DNA of 34,402 nucleotides from Welwitschia mirabilis (Eukaryota): the NCBI GenBank assembly GCA_051453625.1, contig JBOZIK010000001.1, positions 634,476-668,877 of the forward strand, given 5' to 3'. Below are positions 1 to 10,238 of this stretch, one piece after another; the stretch's first letter is position 1; each line of letters starts with the position of its first letter. Position numbers and translations under genes: made by a program. Under the pieces are notes generated by a model. It worked only from the letters and a program-made list of their open reading frames with translations. It had not been told where the DNA came from and did not search any database.

Positions 1-312
1 GAAAATTATACTATAGGATAAATCATAAAAGATTTTTAAAAATTAAAACAAGAAAAGGAGAAAGTGAAAATATAATAAGGACCAACAAATATCATTAAGG
101 ATTTCATAACAACATTAAAAAAGTACACTCAAATGATATTAGATGTAAAAGTACTAACTAAAAAGAGTGTGGTTCTAACTTTTAATTTGTGTGAAGACTA
201 ATATCATATAACTAAATAATATTCTTATTCAACCAAAAGTATTCAAACTTTAGAACCCAAAACTAAAATCAAATTCAAAACTAGTTTCAACCTAGAATGA
301 ATGGACAACTAT

Positions 313-1456
313 TGTAGTGTGAATTTATGTAATCTTGAAATTTTTAGGTAAACTTGTAAATCAAATAACTTGCAAAAAACACACACTAGTATAGATAGGA
401 GTCTATCTGAATGTCATAATCCCAACGAAGGCACTAGGCTAAGAGTTAGAGACTTAATTTCCAATATGTTTTTAGTCTTTTATCTTATAAAACTAAAAGT
501 AAATAAATAAGTAAATGCAATGCAAGTAAATAAAAATGAAATGCAAGTGGAAATGGAATAAACTCTCNNNNNNNNNNATAGAGTATAATGTTAAATGAAA
601 TAGAATAGCAATTCAAATCTAATACTAACCAAGGTCAACCTTAACAAAGGTTGCCCTTATGTTCTTGATAAATCATAGAATTATTACTCTAAACTATGAT
701 TAAGGTAAACCAGAAGGGACATATACATAATTAAAATGGAAATAGAAATTGTATTGATTCAAAGAGTATTTGAATTAATTCAAAAACTTTACATCCACTT
801 ATAATAGAATAACAACACCTCAATGGAAGAGACTCAGCCTAACACCAAGGAAACTCCTTTCTATAGCTCTGGATGGATCTCTTATCCTTCAATCTTCCAT
901 CATAATCATATCAGGTACAAAAGATGAAAATAGAAATGAAGGAGGGATAGGGTATTTATAGTTTTACATTGAGGTTCTAAAAACTAAACCCTAGAAGTCA
1001 GAAAAGAGACCCTAACATCCCACATGGGTTACTTAACCCCATTACAAATATAGTTCTTTCCAATCATACAAAAACACTTATTGTCTTGACTATCATGGGG
1101 ATGACATAGGAGATGTCATCCTATGTCAAAATATCTTCATGTCTTGCTATTAGCCTCGCAGCTTCTATCTATGTTAGTAGTGTCGTTGTCCTACCTATTA
1201 TTGGGATTAAATAGGGGATGTTAGTTTTCCTTATCTCCAATCTCAAAGGTAAATTAGTCTTTTGCATTATGAAGTCTTCTCCAAAATATGTAGTATTAGA
1301 ATAAGCCTGAAAAACCACCAAATATTATAAGAATTACATATTTTACTGATCATCCTATTAGATATCTATAATCATTAATAGTGCATCCAAACTTGTGTAA
1401 ATATCCTACAAAAGCACTTAAAATACATCATGAAATTCTTATAAATTGGCATCACA
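313..1456 (-). mobile_element. Probable solo LTR (~1.14 kb) of a Ty3/gypsy (Athila/Tat-like) element
   Basis: TG...CA ends with imperfect 16-bp inverted termini (TGTAGTGTGAATTTAT at 313; reverse complement of right end TGTGATGCCAATTTAT). Minus-strand TATA-like CTATAAATACC at ~951-961. Flanks ACTAT/ACATT are an imperfect 5-bp TSD. A related terminus occurs at 9914. Confidence 0.6.
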
Positions 1457-2715
1457 ACATTAAGAAAATTGGTTCCTTCACTAATGTTATTGTTGTTACT
1501 TTTGTTTTAAGTAATCACATATTTGGGTTTGAGGAGATTGAATTTTTTGAAGAATCATCTAAGTAATTTTATCAGCTTAAATTTCTATAACCCACTTGAC
1601 AATTTTAATAATCAAAGTTTCTACTTCCATATGATTAGCTTCTTATTTTGCAACATTTCTAACATCCTATCTAATACATTCTACATTTTTTCTTGCTTTT
1701 TTTTTAGCTAGAACTGAAAAAAATAGTTTTTACATTCTTTAAAAAGTTAGATCCATAAACATTGTTAAGGAATTTTAGAATCAGTATAGATCTAGAGAGT
1801 TTAGAGTAGTCAATTTTGGAAATAGCTCCCGTGAGATTGTTAAAATAAAAAAGTTTAAAACCATTGAGTTTTACCTTTAGAGAGGCTTTACAAGATGAAA
1901 TAGTGATGAAGTAAGCTTTTTGAAATTTTTTGTTAACTACAGATTAAATTTTCTCAAACTAGGCTTGCATGGCTTCTTTTGTTAAGAATCCTCAATAGAA
2001 AGCTATGGGGGTTTAACTCAAATACTATGAATAATGAGACCCTCTATGAGAAATAAATGAAGTTTTTTCTTAAAATGAGTAACTTGAGTAGTAGCATAAA
2101 GATTATTAGAGTAATCTTTGGTAGAGTTAATGATGAGAGCTTTCAGAGGAGAAGAAATATTTATAGGAGATGTAGAAGTAAATCTTACATTCTTCACTTT
2201 TTAAAGATCTACTTTTTAGATATTAAATTTGGCCCTATAGATTGCACTCTTACAAAAGATTATGAGCAATATCCTTTTAATCATGAGCATTAATCTCTTA
2301 ATGACTAGAATTGCTTTATCATTGTTAAGATGTTTATGTGTATATCCTTTTATGGGAGTTTATGTTAAAAAAAAAAAAGATGAACTACAAGGAAGGTTTA
2401 GCTATGGGGCCTTAAGCTTAATATTGAGTAAAGGGGCTTGAAGAGCTAGGGCTATTGGATATAAAACCCTAGGCCCCTAATGAATTAGAAGAATAACTAA
2501 ACTAATCCTAAAACATTTGAGATGTGATAGTATATAATCTTCTTCAAAGGTGAGAAAACATTTTAGGACTTAAAAAATTTACAAGGATTACATACTACAA
2601 TGAAGATAATAAAAATAGAACACTAAAAATAGTAAAATTAAATTCAAAGAAAAAGAATATAGAAAACACAAACTAGCAAAAATCTCTTTTGGGGAGTTAC
2701 TCCCCTCATTAGCAT
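1457..2715 (-). repeat. Inverted copy of the unclassified two-ORF repeat (hairpin block plus 5' part of ORF-A)
   Basis: Reverse complement aligns by eye with ~3862-5030, e.g. GCTCATGATTA(A/G)AAGGATATTG and CTTTGAAGAAGATT(A/T)TA. Both copies encode KVKLNGFKL (1851-1877 minus; 4619-4645 plus). Confidence 0.85.
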
Positions 2716-2759
2716 GGTTTTACAAAGCACTTGTATCTTTATCTTTGCACCCACATCTA

Positions 2760-3445
2760 TCATTTCAAGCTTTTAAATATTTCTTCAATAAAATTCTAGC
2801 ATCTAATAGATCAACTCTTTTTTACAGTATTCATTATAGCATTTGGAAGAAGAAAGGAACCCCTCTTATTTTCAAAATAAATTTTAGTCCTTTAATGAAA
2901 TCTTATAACATGGAATAAATCCAAATCCTATACATTATAGGCTTTAATGATAATATATCATGCTTATCTTAGTTATTCCAAGTATAATAATGTGCTATTA
3001 TAATCCTCATAAACTTGAAAATCTCATCATAATAGTTAATTTCATAGAGGTTCCAATTTAATCAGAGCAGTTAGGAGATCCTAGCCTTTCCCACATCTAA
3101 TTTTTATATTATGTTTTCTAGTTTCCTAAGTTAAGAATTTGAAATTTTAATTTTCTTTCCCTTTATTTAAGCCTCTTTTTATGGTTATACCTAAGACATT
3201 TTCTCTTATTTAAAGGATTGATCCTCTTGATGTATTTGAAGATTCAAGACTTAGAAATTCAAATGGATGCTAATGAGGGGTGTACTTTCCTAAAAGTTCT
3301 TTATGTTACTTTTTGTTTTCTTTATTTTTTTCTTGGAATTCATTTTTATTGTTTCTAGTATTTTTTTTTTCCTATCTTTATTGTAGTACTGGATCCTTGT
3401 AAATTTTTTAAGTCTTAATATTTTTAGGTCCTAAAGAAATTTTAA
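2760..3445 (+). repeat. Direct copy 1 of the shared block (5' end of ORF-B on minus plus hairpin region)
   Basis: Aligns with ~7045-7710 (GCATTTGGAAGAAGAAAGGAACCCCTCTTATTTTCAAAA vs GCATCTGAAAGACGAAAGGGAATCCCCTTTATTTTCAAAA) and with ~3480-3960. Confidence 0.85.
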
Positions 3446-3479
3446 GTTCTAAATCCTAAATCCTAAAATCTAAACTTTT

Positions 3480-3960
3480 AAGGATAAATCCTATACTTTC
3501 TAGGTTTTATTAATAATATCTTGTGTTTAGTTATTATAGATTCAATAATTTGCTGGTGCAATCCTCCTAAACTGAGAAAGCTTCATGGTCGATTTCACAA
3601 AGATCCTAGTTTGATCAATGTAGTTAGAAGATCTTATCCTTTTCCACACCCATGTTTTAATTTGTTACATAAGGCATTATATAATTATATCTTTATATTT
3701 TTATATTTATGTTTTTTATTTCATAAGTTGGAAATTTATGATTTTAATTTTCCCTCTTTTCTTTAGGCATCTTTTCCTACCCAAAGTTAGGGTGTGCTCT
3801 TCTATTTAAAGAACTAATATCCTTGATGAATTCCAATATTTCAAATTTAAAAATCCAAAAGCATGCTAATGAGGGGTTCAACTCCTCAAAATAACTTTGT
3901 TATACTTTGTGTTTTGTTTATTCCTTTTCTTAGAATTCATTTTTTAAGTCCTAAAATTTT
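3480..3960 (+). repeat. Direct copy 2 of the shared block, tandem with copy 1 and continuing into ORF-A
   Basis: Shares TTAGTTATT...AATAAT(T/G)TGCT...AATCCTC, GTTAG(G/A)AGATC and ATGCTAATGAGGGG with copies 1 and 3. GAGGGG motif at 3275 vs 3871. Confidence 0.85.
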
Positions 3961-3972
3961 TTTCTCTTCATT

Positions 3973-6000
3973 ATGTCTTTGAAGAAGATTTTAGACTATC
4001 ATGTCTTACATCTTTTAAGACTAGTTTGGTTACATATTATACCTGATGGTCATGGTTCTTCAAGTTTGCCTACTCAACCTTAAGCTTAAGGTCCCATACC
4101 TTAGTATTCTTGTAAATCATGTCTTCTTATTTAACATAGTCCCTTGTATAAGGAGATCCATAGAAACATCTTAAAGATGAAGAAGTAATGTATAATCATC
4201 TAGAGACTCCTGCTCATGATTAGAAGGATATTGGTCATAACCTTTTGTAGGAACATAGTCAATTAGAGAGCCAACATCAACATCTAGAAGTAAAGCTCCA
4301 TAACATGAAGAATGCAATATTTACTCTGGTACCTTCTATTAATATTCATCCTTCTTTGGAAGATCTCACTACTAACTCTATAAAAGGTTACTTTGATAAT
4401 ATTTATGCTACTATCACTCATTTTAAAAAAAACTTCATTATGTTCTTATAGAGGATCTCATTATTCATAATCTTTAGATTAAACCCCAAAATATTTTTAT
4501 TGATAATCCTCAAACTAATGAAAACATGCAAGTTAAGTTTGCTAAAAATTAGTGTGAAGCCAATTAGAAAATTTTATAGGATTACTTCACCACTATATCA
4601 TCTTATAAATATTCTATAAAGGTCAAACTTAATGGTTTCAAACTTTCTTGTTCTCAAGAAAGATGTTTTCAATATTAACCACTTCAAACTCTTTGGATCT
4701 ATAGCTATTCTATAATCTCTACTAAATGACTATGAGTTTAAGCTTTTTAAAGAATGCAAAATTATTTTTTATAGTGATAGATTAAATAGGAAGGTAAAAA
4801 AATGTAGAATCTATTAAATGGAATGCCAAAAACATTGTAGAATAATAAGTTGGTCAGATGGACATAGAATCTTTGGTTACGTAAATTATCAAGTAGGCTT
4901 AGAAGATCAAGCTAAAAAAATTACCTAGAAGGATCTCTAGAAAATTCAATATCCTTAGTCTCAAATACATGATTTCTCTAAACAAAAGCAATAGAAACAA
5001 TAACATCAATAAAGGAATCAATCTTTACAACAAGGCTAACATTCTAAATTTGCTTCTCAAACTAGCCACTAATTATAACGTTGATACTAAACACAATAAG
5101 TAGCAGATTGAAATAGTAATCATTACAGATGATAGTAGCAAATCTATTTTGAGTTAAATAAATAGAACTCATTCTATAATAACTCCTATAAATAAAATCC
5201 AACTTCCTTTAAACCATCCGTATCTAATGCTTATAGATGATTTGGAGAAGTAGCAAATCAAGGCCATCAACAGACATCACAAAATACTTGATCTACTTCA
5301 TAATCAAATACCTTTAATAAACATTCTACTTCATATGAATGGATAAATCCTTCTTCTGACTAAGCATAAATTTTTGGGATTCTATCATATGCATCCCTTT
5401 CTTCTCCCTAGTCGTTTTTCAAAGAAAGAAAATCTCTCAAGTAGAAAATAAAATTTCTAATTTGTCCATCCATAATATTTGTTTTTATTCTTTATTATGA
5501 TGAGAAAATTCTCCTTGGATATGTTCTTAAATACATTCCTGAATTCCCTCCTATGATCCTTTACCTTATGATGGATGAATTCAAAGTATTGGCTAGATGT
5601 CTTTATTTCCATGCATTTTTTGATGTTAAATCTAATTAGCTAAAAAATTCTAATCCCTTCCTTTATGCTATTTGTATTACTTGAATGAAGCTTTTACTTC
5701 AAAGTCCTTAGAATGCCCTAGCTACAAGTTCAACCCTTACCTTAAAAGAAGCATTAACCACTATCATGGTACACTTCTCTTTTCTCTCAGTTCTTTTTGA
5801 AAATTAATCATCCATCCCTAGTTACCACCTTTTGGAATGCTTAAAATGACTTTAGAGAGATGACTTTATCATAATAAGGCTAGTAGATAAAAACTTTGTG
5901 ATTGTTTTTCTTAACACCTCATAGTATATCACAGGATCTTGGAGGCAATGTTTAGATGTAAATGTTTACTAGCCAGTTGAGAAGACCCCTTGGAATCTTT
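3973..6000 (+). pseudogene. Decayed ORF-A of unknown function
   Basis: Coding-like reading broken by stops and frameshifts (KHLKDEEVMYNHLETPAHD...; DYFTTISSYKYSIKVKLNGFKL). The inverted copy reads AYFITISSCKASLKVKLNGFKL with synonymous third-position differences. May be more than one ORF; 3' limit approximate. Confidence 0.55.
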
Positions 6001-6149
6001 TGCATTTCAAGATTTTTTTTTTTTTAATCTTTTTTACTATTTTTCTCCTATTCTTTGATAGTTTAGAGATGTTATTCTTTAGGTATTATTTAATAAATCT
6101 CATGCTTGTGATTTTTATCTCATATCTAGAATCCACAAACCTAGTTTGA

Positions 6150-7361
6150 TTAGCCATCTTATTTGTAGCTACTTTGGGTATATTCTAGAATTAACCTATT
6201 AGCTCCTTTATTATTTACTCTCTTCCATCCTATTTTATCAATTCATTCATTTCATAGACTTAGTTTTTCTGATTATGAATATCATTGTTCTATCCATCCT
6301 ATAAGATCCATTCCTTTTCACCTTTGATGTGGAATTCGTATATTTCATTATTCCCATTAAAGAAAGCCTTTTTGCTATTAAATCTATGGTTCAAGAGTAT
6401 TTTATTTTGCATTCTTATCCTATTTAGAATGTTTATTATGAGATCATTATTTTTTTATTTTCTCTTATCCTCAAAGAAAACTATCTTGATCTCAACAGTA
6501 ATTTGTTTAATAAGTTCGTAGTACTATTATGAGTAGTAATTTTGTAGTAATATATGCTTACCTAGTCTTTTATTACCTAAAGAACCAAGTTTTTTCTAGT
6601 TTGAATAAAAATTTTTTTATGTACTATAAGTGATACATTGATGATTCCTTTAGTATTTAATCAAGTTCTTTGGATTCCTTATCAATGTTTTTGAAGAGTT
6701 TCAATTCCATATATCCTAGCATTTACATTACTCCTACAATATCCCAAGAGTATGTTAACATTTTAGATGTTATTTTATTCAAAGATTCTACCTTTGGTTA
6801 CATAGGAATTTTATCTATTAAATGTTAATAGAAACCATTAAAATCCTATCAATACATCTCTTTATCCTCATGGAATCTAGCTAATCAAAATAAGTCCTTA
6901 GTGATTTCATAACTTCATAGATACTTTAGTATAAAAATCTAACCTTTGGAACTACTCGTGACTAAAGTGCAACTTGTATATTTTCCTTTGTACTCATGAA
7001 TACTCTTTCAAGTCTGTTTTTCATTCCTTTAGCAAAATTTTAGCATTTGATAGATTATCTCTTCTTCATAATATTCATGATAGCATCTGAAAGACGAAAG
7101 GGAATCCCCTTTATTTTCAAAAAGGATTATAGTCCTTTAACAAGATTCTATAACATGGGAATAATCCTAAACCATATCCTTCCTAGGCTTCACCAGTAAG
7201 ATCCTATGCTAATCTTAGTTATTTTATATCCAATAATTTGCTAGCTTAATCCTCTTAAACTTGAAAAATCTTATTACACATAGCTAATTTCATAGAGAAT
7301 CTAGCTTAATCTGAGTAGTTAGGAGATCTTAGTCTTTCTCATTCCCATGCTTTTCATCCAT
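6150..7361 (-). pseudogene. Decayed ORF-B of unknown function, convergent with ORF-A
   Basis: Minus-strand reading from a candidate ATG at 7361. Segment PML*NLVKGL*SFLKIKGIPF is matched by SML*DFIKGLKFILKIRGVPF in copy 1, with conservative substitutions. Confidence 0.5.
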
Positions 7362-7710
7362 TACATGGGGTTTTGCCTAATTTTTAATCTTTTATTTCTT
7401 ATTTCTCAAGTTGAAAATTTGAAATTTTAATTTTCCTACCCTTTATTTAGACCTCTTTTCCCATCCATAGTTAGATTGTCCTCTTCTCTTTAAAAGATTA
7501 AACTCCTTAATGTATTTTAAGATTCAAAATTTAGAAATCCCAAAGTATACTAATAAGGGGTGTAACTCCCTATACGATCTTTATGCTACTTTGTGTTTTC
7601 TTTATTCCTTTTTTTGAAATTTGTTTATACTCTCTTCAGTGTTCTATTTTTCTTATCTTTATTGTAGCATGATATTTTTGTAAATTTTTTAGACCCTAAA
7701 AATTTTTACA
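7045..7710 (+). repeat. Direct copy 3 of the shared block
   Basis: Aligns with 2760-3445 and 3480-3960; hairpin motif AAGGGGTGTAACTCCCT at 7555-7571. Confidence 0.85.
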
Positions 7711-7739
7711 TCATAATTTTTTTTAAATATTATTGATTG

Positions 7740-8015
7740 AAAGAAACTTCTAGTAATATTTAACCTTACTGTTACAATAAATCTTATTGACATTAAAGAC
7801 AACATAGGAAACAACTAAAGGAAAAATAATATAAATTTTAGTTAAATGGTCTCATTTGGAAAAATAAACAATAAATTAGATATAATTATTTAAATTTATT
7901 TGTAAATAATGATGAAAACTAATGAAATATTAACTAATATAGAGGAGCACAATGAGGATGAATATTTTGAAGCTAAACCGAGCCAAGAACAAGATGCTTC
8001 CATGGAAGAACCATA
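7740..8015 (+). pseudogene. C-terminal remnant of a chromovirus (Ty3/gypsy) integrase: chromodomain-like segment and acidic tail
   Basis: LVKWSHLEK from 7838 resembles the chromodomain YLVKW motif. Reading ends IEEHNEDEYFEAKPSQEQDASMEEP* just upstream of a PPT. Confidence 0.5.
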
Positions 8016-8038
8016 ATTTTAGGATGAATAACAAGCTT

Positions 8039-8051
8039 AAGGGGGGGTGTA
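8039..8051 (+). other. Polypurine tract of the chromovirus element
   Basis: AAGGGGGGGTGTA directly before TGTGACAATCCTAAAAT. Confidence 0.75.
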
Positions 8052-10235
8052 TGTGACAATCCTAAAATATTATCTTTAAACTATTATCATTTGTTTAAAA
8101 TAATTGTAATTTGTTAAAACTATAATGGATAATGTAATAATCATTCAAGGGGTATGGCCCTTACAACAGAGTCATCTTAAAGAGTTACATTATTTCATCA
8201 ACTTTACATGAATTATTTGGAAAATAAATGGGCATGCATGTGATTTTAATAGGTTAATATTAAGTCCTTAATAATTTTGCATGATTTCATAGTAGTTTCA
8301 TAGACTTGGCCTTGAAGGTAGTATGACCTTGCTGAGCCACCATACCAAAACCTTAAATTTGATATTGATTCAGCTATCAGTCTCATTTTGAAATCCCTTA
8401 TGATATAAATATGAGTTATCTATTACTTTTTTTATTACATTTTACTTATTTTAATAATAAAGCCATCATTTATCTATTTTTATCCTTTCCAAATTGCATA
8501 CCCATTTTATCATTAAATCTTTGTGATCTTAATTTTATAAATAAAATGAGAGTATTACATCATGGCTCATGGGTTTCATTAGTCACTATTTTGATTTAGA
8601 ATAAATAATTTAATTTTACTGGCCAAAAATTCTATTAGTTTATTTCTTCGTTTCAAAAGAAAAATCACAAACTGGGCCCTATTATTCTATTGTTTGTGGC
8701 TTAAAGCTTTTTATTTCTTTGAAATTCAAGATCATCTCCTTTCTCTTTTCTTGTAAAGTCCATTACTCAAACATAATAACGTGGCTAAATTATATTAATT
8801 ATATAATTAATTAAAAGAAGATAATTATAATAACATCCATTAATTAGCTAAATCCATATTAGTTCATGAATCATAACTTATGGTGTCTTGAGTTCATGGA
8901 ACCTTGGGAAATATGGTAATTTTAGGAGAAATTGCTACAACCTGTGGCCTATGATTCTATTGCTTTAGTTTATATTTTAAGGATAGCACTTTTTATATTC
9001 ATGTTCATCAATTAATTTCAACATACTTAGAGAAAAACTTTATATCTAAAGTAAGTTGGGACTCATAACGAAACTATAATGCATGGCTTATTATCATTTC
9101 TTACAATATCAGTCCTTATTTATAGTTCATCATAGTCCATAACCCACAGCTGCCTACTCTTCTTTAATTATCTATATTTCAAGATGCTGGTTCATGACTT
9201 ATGGCTTGTAGGCTGGGTTGATGAACATCAACTTTCATGAAGAATTGTCACAGCCTAAGATGTAGTCTAATTTTTATTTTCTTAAAGTATTGAGGTTCTT
9301 CTAGTTACCATTGGTAGCTCTTCTATCTTACACTATGCATTAGCTTATTAAAATATGGTTATCAATTAATTACTATATGGTAACTATGGTAACTTTATAG
9401 ATAATTTAGATTTACATTAATTCATGGCTTGCAGTATTTCACTGGAGATTGTAATCTCTTAAAGAAGCTATCATAGCCCCCAACGTATGACATTTAAAAA
9501 CAAATACTAGCTTTGGAAAAATAACTATAAGCCTTACGTCTATAGTTCTTTTCTTATGACATAAGTTCTAAATTTTTTGGGTTGGTGGCTCTTTATTTTA
9601 GATTTAGTTCTTTAGTTAAAGTTCCTATGGCTCACATCTTAGTTTATAATAGCTTGAATCCCATGGCATTATGTGATAGCCTTATACCATAGATTTATCT
9701 TCTATGAGTTTTCATTACCATAACATTTTCATCATGATCCTCATTTTAGAATTACTTGGTATAGTTTAGAACATGGATTTTCAGTCATGGGCTTTTAGAT
9801 TGTATTTCTTTCAACCAGAACATCTCTTTTAAAAATATTTCAAAAATCACACTAACCATCATAATTCATCTTGTATAATATGAAGATTAATAAAAGATTT
9901 TATTTACCAATGTTGCAGTGTGAATTTATGCAATGTTTCATGCCTTGATTTAAATCCTGTTAATTACAAATAAGATGCACAAATATANNNNNNNNNNNNN
10001 NNNNNNNNNNNNNNNNNNNNNNNNNNNNNNNNNNNNNNNNNNNNNNNNNNNNNNNNNNNNNNNNNNNNNNNNNNNNNNNNNNNNNNNTAATTGTGTTTTC
10101 TAATTATTTTAAATCTTATAATGTGTTAATAGAGTTTAAATAGGATTTGATCCTAGGTTCCGTTATGCATGATAGTTAATAACTATATAAAAAAATATTA
10201 TGGTTAATTATGGTAATTAAAGCTGGGGTGTTATA
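8052..10235 (+). mobile_element. 3' LTR of a Tekay/Del-like chromovirus (spans an assembly gap)
   Basis: Starts TGTGACAATCCTAAAAT after a PPT and ends GGGGTGTTATA (cf. typical GGGGTGTTACA). Internal CAACTTTCATGAAGAA motif. ~8545-9910 is repeated at ~14102-15625. Continuity across the gap is assumed. Confidence 0.65.
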
Positions 10236-10238
10236 CAT

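Noticed and set aside
1-312. Continuation of the inverted ORF-A copy beyond the solo LTR
   Set aside because: Only patchy similarity to ~5030 onward; cannot be supported by eye.
3871-7571. Endogenous geminivirus
   Set aside because: The ambisense layout and hairpin are suggestive, but there is no TAATATTAC loop and no recognisable Rep motifs or Walker A.
3480-7710. LTR retrotransposon with the shared blocks as LTRs
   Set aside because: No TG start, PBS, PPT, TSD or gag/pol motif; left ends vary and fall inside ORF-B. Not fully excluded.
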